Assembly (NCBI GenBank): GCA_028872475.1
Contig: JAQYMQ010000013.1
Span: 35,407 to 99,406, forward strand
DNA length: 64,000 nucleotides
DNA from: Eubacteriales bacterium
GTDB lineage: Bacteria; Bacillota; Clostridia; Peptostreptococcales; Anaerovoracaceae
Direction: 5' to 3'
In this document: piece after piece, positions 30,078-40,851 of the stretch
How positions within the stretch are numbered: position 1 is the stretch's first letter
Layout: every line of letters begins with the position of its first letter
Program-made: the position numbers and the translations under genes
The notes under the pieces: model-generated
Databases searched by the model: none
Seen by the model: only the letters and a program-made list of their open reading frames with translations
What the model was told of the DNA's origin: nothing

Positions 30078-32324
30078 ATGATAAGATTACAAAATGTTTC
30101 GAAATACTACTATAAGAAGGGAATTATTGCTAACGGAATTTCTAAAGTAAGTATGGAATTAAAAATAGGAGAATTCGTTGTAATAACTGGTGAATCTGGT
30201 AGTGGTAAATCGACCTTGCTCAATGTCATCTCGGGGCTTGATAGCTATGAAGAAGGTGAGATGTATATTGATGGAAAGGAAACGAGTCATTTTACACAAG
30301 ATGACTTTGAATTATATCGTAAGAACTATATAGGAAATATATTTCAAAATTTCAACCTTGTTGCAGGATATACAGTTTATCAGAATATTGAACTGGCTCT
30401 TCTTGCAGAGGGCAAAGAAAGCGACAAGATAAAAGTACAGATTAATGAAATTATTGATAGAGTTGGACTTGCGGAATATGCAAATACAAAGGCATCTAAG
30501 TTGTCAGGAGGACAGAAGCAAAGGGTTGCTATAGCAAGAGCGTTGGCAAAAGCGTCTCCAATAATAGTTGCAGATGAACCTACTGGTAATCTTGATGTTA
30601 AGTCAGCGGCAGAAATAGTAAAGTTACTTAGTGAACTTGCAAAAGACAGATTAGTGGTTGTTGTAACACATAATTTTGAGCAGTTTGAAAAATATGCGAC
30701 AAGGCAGATTAAGATGTCAGACGGGAGACTTATTGAAGACAGAAAAGCTGATGTAAATGAAACTGTTATCAGTGAGAATATTGAAGAAAAGTCAGATAAA
30801 TCAGTTTCAGGTGGTGAAGTTAGAAATAGAGAAGTTGGAGATATTCTTTCTAAGAGTAAATTAAAATTAGGGACAAGGAATACATTTAATCTTATTGGTA
30901 AGTTTGTGTTACTACTAGTTGTCTTTGTATTTTTACTAGAAGGTGTTGCGAGTCAATATGCTTCATTTAAGGCAAGTGACAACACGGCGGAAAATATGGG
31001 AACAAATAACTTCTTTTTATCTAGCAGTGATGAACGCATTATTGTGAAGAATAAGGACAATAGTCCGATTACGGATAAACAGTATAATGATTTGTTAAAA
31101 AAAGAGGGTGTTGACTTTGTTGTTAAACAGGATTTAGCGCTAGATACTATGATTTACATAGAGGGCAAGGAAGATAATTTAAGTGGTTTTCCGGGAGACC
31201 TTTCGTTTAGTAGCGATGAATTAGTTGCAGGAAGAATGCCAAAGGCCGATGACGAAGTTGTCTTTGAAATAAATAGAGGAAGATCTGCGCGTGGAAAGAA
31301 TTTGAAACAGTATTTAAATGGAACTTGGACTTATACAAGTGATGATCGTACAAAGACAAAACCTATTAAGATAGTTGGTATTAAATATTATGATAGCAAT
31401 AATAGTATGAAGTGGGAAAGTACAGTTCATATGAGACCGACGTTTTTAGAAGAGATTAAAAGTGAAAATATTCAGAATAACTCTACGGTGTATGCTGTAT
31501 TAGATAAGAAAGAAATAGCAATACCGAATTCTATTGTTTCCAGTCAAAAAGTTCCTAGAGGTAAGATGTATGTGCCGGAAGACTTTGATGGCATGTTTAA
31601 AAATGGAAGGGCAGTAGGGAATAAATTAAATCTAAATATCAAGAATATTTATTTTAAGGATAATACGGAACTTGAAATAACAAATACTATTACAAGCAAG
31701 AATTTTAAAAATCTTTTAGGAACAAGTGATACATTTGATTCGGTATCACACAATATATACATAAATCAAGATGATTACAATAAATTGTATAAGCGTCCTG
31801 ATTATCAGATGAGTGTTTATGCAAAAGACGTACAGAAAGTGGATTTATTAGTTAAATCGCTTAAAGCCGATGGCTACGAAGTAGTTGATTTGAAGCATGC
31901 TAAGACGATGATGTTTGATACAGCAATCTTGAAGATAGTACAGGTTCCGTTTACATTTATTGGATTGATAGCAGTATTCTTTATATGTTACTTTGTCATT
32001 AAACTAATTCTTAAGTCAAGGTCTTCATATTTCTCAACATTAAGAGTTTTGGGTATAGATAAAAATGATATTAATAGAATTTTAGATATTGAATTATTAA
32101 TTATATCGCATATTGCCTTTATACTTTGTGGTATATTTACAGCTCTTGTACTAAATGGGGTTATAGTAATTGATACAATAAGTGATACATTTAAACATCT
32201 TGGGATATTTGATTATGTGGCACTATACGTAATTGTAATTGCAATGACATTATTGATTTCAAAGAGATTTGCGAAAGCAGTATTTAAAAAGACGGCTGTA
32301 GGTAACTTTAGAGAGGAGGTTTAA
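30078..32324 (+). CDS. MacB/FtsX-like ABC ATPase-permease fusion 1
   Basis: GESGSGKST, LSGGQKQRVAIARAL, ADEPTGNLD; TM1, large extracellular domain, three further TMs. Confidence 0.9.
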   Translation: MIRLQNVSKYYYKKGIIANGISKVSMELKIGEFVVITGESGSGKSTLLNVISGLDSYEEGEMYIDGKETSHFTQDDFELYRKNYIGNIFQNFNLVAGYTVYQNIELALLAEGKESDKIKVQINEIIDRVGLAEYANTKASKLSGGQKQRVAIARALAKASPIIVADEPTGNLDVKSAAEIVKLLSELAKDRLVVVVTHNFEQFEKYATRQIKMSDGRLIEDRKADVNETVISENIEEKSDKSVSGGEVRNREVGDILSKSKLKLGTRNTFNLIGKFVLLLVVFVFLLEGVASQYASFKASDNTAENMGTNNFFLSSSDERIIVKNKDNSPITDKQYNDLLKKEGVDFVVKQDLALDTMIYIEGKEDNLSGFPGDLSFSSDELVAGRMPKADDEVVFEINRGRSARGKNLKQYLNGTWTYTSDDRTKTKPIKIVGIKYYDSNNSMKWESTVHMRPTFLEEIKSENIQNNSTVYAVLDKKEIAIPNSIVSSQKVPRGKMYVPEDFDGMFKNGRAVGNKLNLNIKNIYFKDNTELEITNTITSKNFKNLLGTSDTFDSVSHNIYINQDDYNKLYKRPDYQMSVYAKDVQKVDLLVKSLKADGYEVVDLKHAKTMMFDTAILKIVQVPFTFIGLIAVFFICYFVIKLILKSRSSYFSTLRVLGIDKNDINRILDIELLIISHIAFILCGIFTALVLNGVIVIDTISDTFKHLGIFDYVALYVIVIAMTLLISKRFAKAVFKKTAVGNFREEV

Positions 32325-32326
32325 CT

Positions 32327-34798
32327 ATGATTAGATTAAATAATGTAAATAAATTTTTCAATAGGAAAAAGAAAAATGAAATTCATGTGATAGATAATAC
32401 CTCTTTTGAGATTAAGGATAATGGACTTATAGCTTTGCTTGGACCGTCAGGGTGCGGTAAAACTACGCTTTTGAATGCGATTGGTGGTTTAGACGATGTA
32501 AATAGTGGCGATATATTTTTAGATGATGAAAGAATTACAAAGAGATCATCTTGGAAAAGAGATGAAATTAGGAATTTAAAGATAGGATATATATTTCAAA
32601 ATTATAATCTTATTGATAATATGACTGTTTTCGATAATATTGCTATTGTTCTCAAAATGATAGGAATTAAGGATAAAGAGGAAATTAAAGAAAAAGTATA
32701 TTATGCTCTTGAACAGGTTGGCATGTATAGATATCGTAACAGATATGCAGATATGCTTTCGGGTGGCGAAAGACAAAGAGTTGGTATAGCTAGAGCTATT
32801 GTTAAGAATCCTCAAATTATAATTGCTGACGAGCCGACAGGAAATCTTGATACGAAGAATACTATTGAAGTAATGAACATTATTAAGAGAATTTCGAGAG
32901 AGAAGCCTGTAATTATGGTGACTCATGAAGAGAAGTTAGCGAATTTTTACTCGACTAGAATAATTAGATTAATAGATGGAAAGATTGTTTCTGATGAGGT
33001 AAATGCAAATGAGAATAATCTAGATTATAGGATTGAGAGTAAAATTTATTTAGGTGATATAGAGGATGTCCAAACACTTAATTTAGAAAATCATAATATT
33101 AAAATATTTAATGATGATATTAAAAAGATGGATATTGAGATTATTCTAAAGAATGGAAACATTTATTTAAAAAATAATAGCATTAATAGTAATGTGGAGA
33201 TTATTGATGAAAATAGTGGTATAGAGCTAGTTAATGAAAAATATACCGGTATAGATATGGATGAAGACTTAAATCATAGTTTTAATTTAGATAAGCTAAA
33301 ACACAGAAATACTCCGAAATATACATCAATTATTGGACCATGGGAGACAATCAAAAATGGATTTAAGCGAATTAGTGATTTTAGCGTAACCAAAAAGTTT
33401 TTATTAGGCGGATTTTTCTTGGCAGCAATGTTTATGGTTTATGGACTAAGTAGTTTAGCTGGAGCATTACACCTACCTGATGAACGGTTTGTTACTACAA
33501 ATAAGGAATATATTACAATCAGCGAAAAGAATGTAGAGTATAGTGCATTAACAAAGATAGAGAATATGGATGATGTGGCTTATGTATTGCCAGGGAATTC
33601 TATAGTGCGTTTAACTACTAAATACGATAAGTTTTTGCAAACATCGAAGATTCCTATAGGGGTTAATGGATCTATAACTGCATTGTCAACAATTTCAAAA
33701 GAAGATATTATAAAAGGCCGTTTACCGGAAAATAAGAATGAAATTGCTCTAGATAAGATGACCTTAAAGAGAATTATTGACGGGACACCAGGTAACGGCT
33801 CCAATGAGTTGCCAGCAAAAAATGCCGGAATATATGAGCCGGAAGATTTCATTGGCATGGAATTTAATTTGGCGAATATGGAGTCATTTAAACTCGTTGG
33901 ACTTGTAGATAAAAATTCTCCTTCAATATATGTAGAAGATTCTCAACTGTATAATGTTTTATCAAATAGCAAGTATAGTGAAGAACTTGGCGACCGAACA
34001 CAAGAAGAGCAAAATATAACGATGGTTGTAGCAAAAAGTTTGTTTAGCGATGATGAAATAAAGCTAAAATCTGGTAGATTGCCGTCTAGTGATTATGAGA
34101 CTATATTGAATGAAAATAAACAATTTGATCACCCGATAAATTCAAGTATAGATAGTGGAGTTAAAGGTAAGAAATTAAAAGTAGTTGGCTATTATTCAGA
34201 TACTAAAGGAAGAGATTTGGCATTAGTAAATGATAATACTATTAAGTTAAATGTTATTTCGAACTCATCAAATATGATTGTTATGCCTAAGGACAAGGCG
34301 AACAAAGAGAAACTTATTGACAAGCTTGAAAAAGAGCCGTTTGATGCACAAGATGTTTATCAGGCGGAAAAAGAGAAATACAAAACAGGATTAAAGGACT
34401 TTACCAGGTCACAGTTAATATTGGCAGGAGTTATTATCTTAATTGCTTTAATGGAAATATACTTGATGATGAGAGCTTCTTTCTTATCTAGAATAAAAGA
34501 AGTGGGCATACTAAGAGCTATAGGCGTTAAGAAGTTTGATATATATAAGATGTTTTTTGGTGAAATCTTTGCTATTACAACATTAGTAGGATTACCTGGT
34601 CTTATAAGTATGGTATATATAGTCAGTCAGTTAATGAAAATTACATTGTTCCAATCATATTTTTACTTTGACTTTGTTGTTGGAGTTATTGCTTTAATAG
34701 GAATATACTTTGTCAATACAATATTTGGATTGATGCCGGTTTGGAGAGTTATAAGAAAAACTCCGGCAGAAATTTTAAGTAGAACGGATGTCGATTAA
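32327..34798 (+). CDS. MacB/FtsX-like ABC ATPase-permease fusion 2
   Basis: GPSGCGKTT, LSGGERQRVGIARA, RIKEVGILRAIG FtsX motif. Confidence 0.92.
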   Translation: MIRLNNVNKFFNRKKKNEIHVIDNTSFEIKDNGLIALLGPSGCGKTTLLNAIGGLDDVNSGDIFLDDERITKRSSWKRDEIRNLKIGYIFQNYNLIDNMTVFDNIAIVLKMIGIKDKEEIKEKVYYALEQVGMYRYRNRYADMLSGGERQRVGIARAIVKNPQIIIADEPTGNLDTKNTIEVMNIIKRISREKPVIMVTHEEKLANFYSTRIIRLIDGKIVSDEVNANENNLDYRIESKIYLGDIEDVQTLNLENHNIKIFNDDIKKMDIEIILKNGNIYLKNNSINSNVEIIDENSGIELVNEKYTGIDMDEDLNHSFNLDKLKHRNTPKYTSIIGPWETIKNGFKRISDFSVTKKFLLGGFFLAAMFMVYGLSSLAGALHLPDERFVTTNKEYITISEKNVEYSALTKIENMDDVAYVLPGNSIVRLTTKYDKFLQTSKIPIGVNGSITALSTISKEDIIKGRLPENKNEIALDKMTLKRIIDGTPGNGSNELPAKNAGIYEPEDFIGMEFNLANMESFKLVGLVDKNSPSIYVEDSQLYNVLSNSKYSEELGDRTQEEQNITMVVAKSLFSDDEIKLKSGRLPSSDYETILNENKQFDHPINSSIDSGVKGKKLKVVGYYSDTKGRDLALVNDNTIKLNVISNSSNMIVMPKDKANKEKLIDKLEKEPFDAQDVYQAEKEKYKTGLKDFTRSQLILAGVIILIALMEIYLMMRASFLSRIKEVGILRAIGVKKFDIYKMFFGEIFAITTLVGLPGLISMVYIVSQLMKITLFQSYFYFDFVVGVIALIGIYFVNTIFGLMPVWRVIRKTPAEILSRTDVD

Positions 34799-34875
34799 TT
34801 TAAGGTTGAAGTTAACATACTTAACCAATAAAAAGTATAATCATAGTATAATTATAGAATAATATAGTGAGTAAT

Positions 34876-34916
34876 AAAAAATCCCAAAAGTTAAGATATA
34901 GCTCTTGGGATTTTTA
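34876..34916. terminator. Bidirectional terminator between the ABC operon and citrate synthase
   Basis: AAAAATCCCAA...TTGGGATTTTT between convergent genes. Confidence 0.8.
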
Positions 34917-34981
34917 TTTTTACATTTTTTGTCGTTAAGAAAAAAGCTTTTATAATTTTTATACTTCACTTGAAAGATTAA

Positions 34982-36400
34982 TTATTTTCTTGAAGATAAA
35001 GGCTTTCTTTTGTTTAAAGGTGTATAAGTTTTTTTATCTGAAATACCAATATATGCCGGTCTAATTAGCTTTCCGCCAGATGTCAATTCTTCTATTCTAT
35101 GAGCGGACCATCCAGCCAGTCTTGCAAGTGCAAAAAGTGGTGTAGCTAAGTCGTGAGGTATATTTAATATTGAGTATACAAGTCCTGAATATAAATCGAT
35201 ATTTGCACACATAATCTTTTTTACACCATGCACTTCTTCGTATAAAGAAGCAGCAGTATCTTCAATATGCTGGCAGAGATTAAATTCATCGATTCTTCCA
35301 CTTTGTTCAGCTAATTGTTTAGCCATTCCCTTTAACATGGTAGTTCTAGGATCTGAAAGTGTATAGATTGCATGACCCATACCGTATATTAAGCCAGTTT
35401 TATCATTGGCTTTTTTCATTAATACATCTTTAAGATAGTTGTCAACTTTATTATAATCATTGATATCGCCTACGGTTGCCTTTAAATCGTTAATCATATC
35501 GATTACCATGATGTTCGCGCCACCATGTTTTGGACCTTTTAGTGAACCGATAGATGCGGAAATTGCAGCGTATGTATCTGTTCCAGAAGAAGATATTAAG
35601 TGTGTTGCAAAAGCTGAGTTGTTACCACCACCATGCTCTGCATGTAAAATTAGTGATATATCCAAACATTTTGCTTCAAGATCCGTATATTTTCCATCAG
35701 ACCTAATCATTCTTAGAATGTTTTCTGCTGTGCTAAGTTCAGGTGAAGGCTTTCTTAAATGTAATGTTCTGTTGTCGAAATGAGAACGCTTTGCCTGATA
35801 TGCATATGCAAGCAGGGCAGGGAAATATCCAATAAGATCAATTTCCTGTCTTAGAACATTTGCAATTGATGTATTATCGGGATCTTCATCATAGCAATAT
35901 AAAGCTAATACTGAACGTGCAAGCTTGTTCATTATGCTTTGTGATGGAGATGTCAAAATCATATCTCTAGCAAAGTTTGCAGGAAGCTCTCTCTTGTCAT
36001 TAATGTACTTTGTGAAAGCTGCAAACTCTTTTTTTGAAGGTAAATCGCCAAATAAAAGAAGAAATATTACTTCTTCAAATCCAAAACGATCCTCTTCTAT
36101 ATAATGACTTACGAGGTCTTTAATTTCATATCCTCGATAATACAACTCACCATCGCATGGTAATTTGTTTTTATTTTCATCTATTTTATAACCTACAACT
36201 TCACCAATGTTTGTAATACCTACAACAACACCAGTGCCATTAGCATTTCTTAATCCTCTTTTTACATTATATTTTTCATACAAATATGAATCGATATGGC
36301 TTGTCTTTTCGATTTGATCTGCCATATCTGCTAAGTACTTTTGTGGTATATTTGATGGAGTAGTTTGACCAGCTGTTACTTTTTTTAAAAAATCTAACAT
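34982..36400 (-). CDS. gltA: Citrate synthase (citrate/2-methylcitrate synthase family)
   Basis: LHAEHGGGNNS, GPKHGGAN, IYGMGHAIY...DPR, ANIDLYSG. Confidence 0.92.
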   Translation of the reverse strand: MLDFLKKVTAGQTTPSNIPQKYLADMADQIEKTSHIDSYLYEKYNVKRGLRNANGTGVVVGITNIGEVVGYKIDENKNKLPCDGELYYRGYEIKDLVSHYIEEDRFGFEEVIFLLLFGDLPSKKEFAAFTKYINDKRELPANFARDMILTSPSQSIMNKLARSVLALYCYDEDPDNTSIANVLRQEIDLIGYFPALLAYAYQAKRSHFDNRTLHLRKPSPELSTAENILRMIRSDGKYTDLEAKCLDISLILHAEHGGGNNSAFATHLISSSGTDTYAAISASIGSLKGPKHGGANIMVIDMINDLKATVGDINDYNKVDNYLKDVLMKKANDKTGLIYGMGHAIYTLSDPRTTMLKGMAKQLAEQSGRIDEFNLCQHIEDTAASLYEEVHGVKKIMCANIDLYSGLVYSILNIPHDLATPLFALARLAGWSAHRIEELTSGGKLIRPAYIGISDKKTYTPLNKRKPLSSRK

Positions 36401-36548
36401 CCGTATCTTTCCTTTCTCTGTGTAATAAATTTATTGTCTATAATAACTATCCAATAATACCACTAAATTATATCAAAAAGGAAGTGCAAATGCTATGAAA
36501 CAGAAGAAAAAGAATACATGTATACAAAACAATGTCTTGATATGTGTC

Positions 36549-36577
36549 TTGACATGTATTAAATATATTGATATTAT
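36549..36577 (+). promoter_or_regulatory. Sigma-A promoter for the EIIC-like gene
   Basis: TTGACA-17-TATTAT. Confidence 0.6.
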
Positions 36578-36698
36578 CTTCATTGTGGTTATTGTTAATT
36601 TAAATATTTGCTTATACGTATATTCATAATTAGATAATTTTATAGATTTGTTAGATTAATAATGTATTTTAATGAATGCGAGATAATAAGGAGAGGAA

Positions 36699-37751
36699 AT
36701 GGAAGCGAGTCAATCCACATTTAAGTCGTTTTTGAAAAGAAAAGATATTGAATTTAGTGCAAAAAGGTATTTGCAAGATGCACTATCGGCAATGGCACTA
36801 GGGCTTTTTGCATCACTGCTTATTGGTCTAATTATAAAGACTATAGGTGAGCAGAGTATAAATTTATTTGGTGATACAGACATTGCAAAGTTTTTGATTA
36901 AAGCAGGAGGTGCTGCTGGAAAACAGATGGGCGCAGCCATAGGTGTTGCTGTTGCATGGGGACTTAAATCTCCACCATTGGTAATGTTTGCAAGCACTAT
37001 TACAGGTATGATGGGTGCAGAATTAGGCGGACCGGCTGGTTCCTTTGTAGCTGTAGTTATTGCAGCAGAGTTCGGTAAGATGATTTCTAAGGAGACAAAG
37101 ATTGATATTATAATTACTCCTATGGTGACAATTCTTATTGGGGCTATTACAGCTGCTCTAGTTGGACCTGGCGTTCAAAAATTGATGTTAGGTTTAGGTG
37201 CGGTCATTATGGATGCTACACAGTGGCAACCTTTTGCGTTCGGTATATTTATCTCAATCGTTGTAGGTTGGGTGTTGACGGCTCCGATTTCGAGTGCTGC
37301 TCTATGTATAATGATGGGCTTATCGGGACTTGCTGCGGGTGCTGCTACTGTCGGGTGTTGTGCACAGATGGTTGGTTTTGCAGCAATAAGTTATAAAGAA
37401 AACGGTATCGGTGGAGTTCTTGCGCAGGGTCTTGGAACATCAATGCTTCAGGTTCCGAATATAATTAAAAACCCTTGGATTATTGTGCCACCGACTGTTG
37501 CTAGTGCTATCGTAGGACCTTTAGCTACATGTGTATTTATGATGACAAATAATCCTGTTGGTGCCGGCATGGGTACATCGGGTCTTGTTGGTCAAATCGG
37601 AACATTTACAGATATGGGATTTACTATGGACGTATTGGTTAAGGTTGGTTTATTGCATATAATATTGCCAGTAATTATTTCCATTATTGTAGATAGAATG
37701 CTTAAGAAAGCAGGAAAAATTAAATTTGGGGATTATCAGTTAAACTTATAA
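36699..37751 (+). CDS. PTS EIIC-like integral membrane protein (orphan)
   Basis: AMALGLFASLLIG, LTAPISSAAL, GCCAQMVGF, QGLGTSMLQVPNI, GMGTSGLVGQ; about 10 TMs; no EIIA/EIIB nearby. Confidence 0.8.
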   Translation: MEASQSTFKSFLKRKDIEFSAKRYLQDALSAMALGLFASLLIGLIIKTIGEQSINLFGDTDIAKFLIKAGGAAGKQMGAAIGVAVAWGLKSPPLVMFASTITGMMGAELGGPAGSFVAVVIAAEFGKMISKETKIDIIITPMVTILIGAITAALVGPGVQKLMLGLGAVIMDATQWQPFAFGIFISIVVGWVLTAPISSAALCIMMGLSGLAAGAATVGCCAQMVGFAAISYKENGIGGVLAQGLGTSMLQVPNIIKNPWIIVPPTVASAIVGPLATCVFMMTNNPVGAGMGTSGLVGQIGTFTDMGFTMDVLVKVGLLHIILPVIISIIVDRMLKKAGKIKFGDYQLNL

Positions 37752-37787
37752 ATAATATCACCACATTATTATCACTTTATAAAAACA

Positions 37788-37839
37788 AAAATTAAAAGGC
37801 TTTTATCGTCACTTTTGTGAGATAAGAGCTTTTTAATTT
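37788..37839 (+). terminator. Intrinsic terminator
   Basis: AATTAAAAGGCTTTTATC...GATAAGAGCTTTTTAATT long hairpin. Confidence 0.75.
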
Positions 37840-37999
37840 GATTGATCAATTATAAAATCGTCTTTATCATTTTTTAAAAATATACTTATATTATAAAAAT
37901 TAGAGAGTAGATATTGTGTAGGAAATCGAAATATAATATAATACCGTTAGTTGTTTTATGAACGAACGATATATATTGAAAGAATGAGGAGGAGTTATA

Positions 38000-39067
38000 A
38001 TGAGAAGACGGTTTTGTGGATTCATTGCCATAGCGATGATATTTGCCTTTGCTTTTACAATGACAGCATGTGGCAGTGGTGATGATTCGAATAGTGGCAC
38101 TATTTCGTTTACTGACGATGCAGGTAGAAAAGTAGAAATTCCAAAAAATATAAAGAGAGTTGCACCTTCAGGTCCACTTGCTGAACAGGTAATAGCATCA
38201 GTTGCTCCAGATAAAATGGTTGCAATTGCACAAAAACCAAAGGGAGAAGAAAGACAGAAAATTTTAGGTAAATTTATGGACTTACCTGAAATTGGTCAGG
38301 TTTACGGTAAGTTACCATTTAATGCGGAGTCACTTGCTTCTGCAAATCCAGATGTAGTCATTGACATAGGTGAAGCTAAGAAAACGGTTGTCGAAGATAT
38401 GGATAAAATCAGCAAAAAATGTGGTAAACCTACAATCTTTATTGAGATGAATTTTAACAATGCGGATGAAGCGTATAAGAAACTAGGTAAAATTCTCGGT
38501 GAGGAGAAAAAGGCTGAAAAGTTAGCAAAATACGTTAAGAGAGTGAATGATGAGTTAGCTGAAGGAATGAAGAAAGTTGGCGATAAAAAGCTTAAATTTG
38601 TTTATTTAGCAGGAAAGAATGGCTTAGGATCAAATCCAAAAGGATCTTTCCATATGCAAATGATGGAAGTGCTTGGCGATAATGTTTTCGTAAGTGCTGA
38701 AAAATCAGCTAAGGGTGGAGCAAATGAAATTTCTCAAGAAGAGTTGATAAAGCTAAATCCGGATGTAATAATCTTTGAGCCAGGTAGTATATATGATAGC
38801 GTTAAGTCTAATCGGGCATTTGCACAGATGAAAGCAATTAGAATAGGTAAATATGTTGAAGCGCCTGCAATGCCATATAACTGGTTAGGATTCCCGCCAT
38901 CTATTAACAGATTTATGGGAGCGCAGTGGTTAGCTAAATTGTATTATCCAAATGAATTTAAGTTCGATTTAAAAGACAGAATCACAGAGTATTATGATTT
39001 ATTTTATGGATATAAGTTATCTGACAAAGAATATAACAATATAGTTAAAAATGCATTTTTTAAATAA
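38000..39067 (+). CDS. Fe-siderophore/cobalamin-type ABC substrate-binding lipoprotein
   Basis: Lipobox MTA-C; FTDDAGRKVEIP..IKRV; PDVVI; PYNWLGFPPSINRFMG. Confidence 0.9.
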   Translation: MRRRFCGFIAIAMIFAFAFTMTACGSGDDSNSGTISFTDDAGRKVEIPKNIKRVAPSGPLAEQVIASVAPDKMVAIAQKPKGEERQKILGKFMDLPEIGQVYGKLPFNAESLASANPDVVIDIGEAKKTVVEDMDKISKKCGKPTIFIEMNFNNADEAYKKLGKILGEEKKAEKLAKYVKRVNDELAEGMKKVGDKKLKFVYLAGKNGLGSNPKGSFHMQMMEVLGDNVFVSAEKSAKGGANEISQEELIKLNPDVIIFEPGSIYDSVKSNRAFAQMKAIRIGKYVEAPAMPYNWLGFPPSINRFMGAQWLAKLYYPNEFKFDLKDRITEYYDLFYGYKLSDKEYNNIVKNAFFK

Positions 39068-39167
39068 ACTTACTTTTAACTATAAAAATGAGCGAAGCTA
39101 AGAAAATATTGTTAATATTATTCTAAAATAAATGTTTAAATATTATATAAGATTAGAAGGAGAGCTT

Positions 39168-39839
39168 TTGATTACTTGGGAAGGTAAAGTTTTAAATAAT
39201 TATATTCGCGCAGGCTTATTTGAACCATATGCGAGAGATATTGTAAATAGTATACGTGAGTATATTGAAGGTATGGATGTTATTGATGCAGGATGTGGTC
39301 CAGGGAATATAAGTGGTGTTTTAGCAGACTATGCTAAAAGTGTTGTAGGGATAGATGCTCAGGAGAATGCCATAGAATTTGCAAAGAAATTTTATGTAGA
39401 TAAAGGCAATTTGTCGTTTCAAGTTGGAGATTTTTTAAGCTTGGAAGCCAATTCTTGCGATGTGTTGTGTGGTATTTCTATAGGCAAAATAGATGAAAAT
39501 AATTTGAAGCTTCTTAAAGTTCCGAGAAAGAAACTTATATTTGTAAATACTTTATGCAATCAGTATTTTCCAAGTAAAAAGCTTAACGATTTTGATGAAC
39601 GTATTCTATTAAATAGTAAATTGGTGTACAAGACATTTCCAATATCAACATCATTTGGACAACCTTTTTTATCCTTCGAAGAGGCTGTTGATTTTATTAG
39701 TGATCATAGATTATCTGATGATCCAAAGAAATTCGCCCTTGAAAAAGTTAGGGAAATTCAGGGCGAATTTCCATTTTACTTAGAAAATAAAAGAGAAGTG
39801 CAAGTTACTATAATTGAGAGTGAGAAATATAATGGATAA
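39168..39839 (+). CDS. Class I SAM-dependent methyltransferase
   Basis: VIDAGCGPG motif I, VVGID motif II; TTG 39168 follows AAGGAG (alternative ATG 39132). Confidence 0.82.
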   Translation: MITWEGKVLNNYIRAGLFEPYARDIVNSIREYIEGMDVIDAGCGPGNISGVLADYAKSVVGIDAQENAIEFAKKFYVDKGNLSFQVGDFLSLEANSCDVLCGISIGKIDENNLKLLKVPRKKLIFVNTLCNQYFPSKKLNDFDERILLNSKLVYKTFPISTSFGQPFLSFEEAVDFISDHRLSDDPKKFALEKVREIQGEFPFYLENKREVQVTIIESEKYNG

Positions 39840-40851
39840 TACGACGAAGGATAGACGTTTTAAATGGATTATTATATTTTTAGTCGCTCTTTTGTTTTCT
39901 TTGACTATCTTTTCGTTTGGTGCAGGCAGATATTTTATTTCTGTAGGAGAAATTTTTGATTCTTTATTTAAAAAGTTAAGTGGTGCAGCGATTGATGATA
40001 AGACTGTTGAAGCAGTCTTGTTTCATGTTAGGCTTCCCAGAATTGCATTTGCTATTTTAGTTGGTGCAGCATTATCTATCGCAGGAGCATGCTATCAAGG
40101 ATTGTTTAAAAATCCATTGGTTAGTTCTGATGTAATTGGTGCATCTTCAGGAGCAGCATTTGGTGCAGCTCTTGCTATACTGCTTGGTTTATCTACTACA
40201 GGTATTTCATTATCTGCTTTTTTTTGGAGTATTGTTGCAGTAATAATTGTATATTTAGTTGGAAATACATTGAAGATTAATCCCATATTGGGATTGGTGT
40301 TATCGGGAATAATGATAGGTGCAGTATTTAGTTCCGGACTTTCGTTTTTGAAATTAGTTGCAGATCCTATGGATCAACTTCCGCAGATAACCTATTGGCT
40401 AATGGGATCGTTAAGTGGCACAAAGACAGAAGATATAATTCCTGTTGCGATTATAATGTTTATTGCAATTTTTATGCTTTGGGCGTCAAGATGGCATTTG
40501 AATTTACTTACCTTTAGTGATGAGGAAGCAAAGACTATGGGCTTAAATGTAAAGATGTTAAGGCTGATGGTTATTCTGTGTGCAACACTTTTAACTGCGG
40601 CATCTATTGCGGTATCTGGTGTTATTGGTTGGATTAGTCTTGCAATTCCACATTTTGCAAGATTGATTATAGGCAGTGATTATAGAAAGCTGTTACCCTT
40701 GTCGCTTCTTTTGGGTAGCAATTTCCTGCTTATAGTTGATAATATATCTAGATTGACGTTTTCTTCTGAGATACCTTTGGGAATTATTACGTCACTTATC
40801 GGAGCGCCATTCTTCTTGTTTTTGCTTCATAGAGAAGGGAGACGTGGATAA
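39832..40851 (+). CDS. FecCD family ABC permease
   Basis: RLPRI, YQGLFKNPLVSSDVIG, EEAKTMG, GVIGWISLAIPH, EIPLGIITSLIGAP. Confidence 0.95.
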   Translation: MDNTTKDRRFKWIIIFLVALLFSLTIFSFGAGRYFISVGEIFDSLFKKLSGAAIDDKTVEAVLFHVRLPRIAFAILVGAALSIAGACYQGLFKNPLVSSDVIGASSGAAFGAALAILLGLSTTGISLSAFFWSIVAVIIVYLVGNTLKINPILGLVLSGIMIGAVFSSGLSFLKLVADPMDQLPQITYWLMGSLSGTKTEDIIPVAIIMFIAIFMLWASRWHLNLLTFSDEEAKTMGLNVKMLRLMVILCATLLTAASIAVSGVIGWISLAIPHFARLIIGSDYRKLLPLSLLLGSNFLLIVDNISRLTFSSEIPLGIITSLIGAPFFLFLLHREGRRG

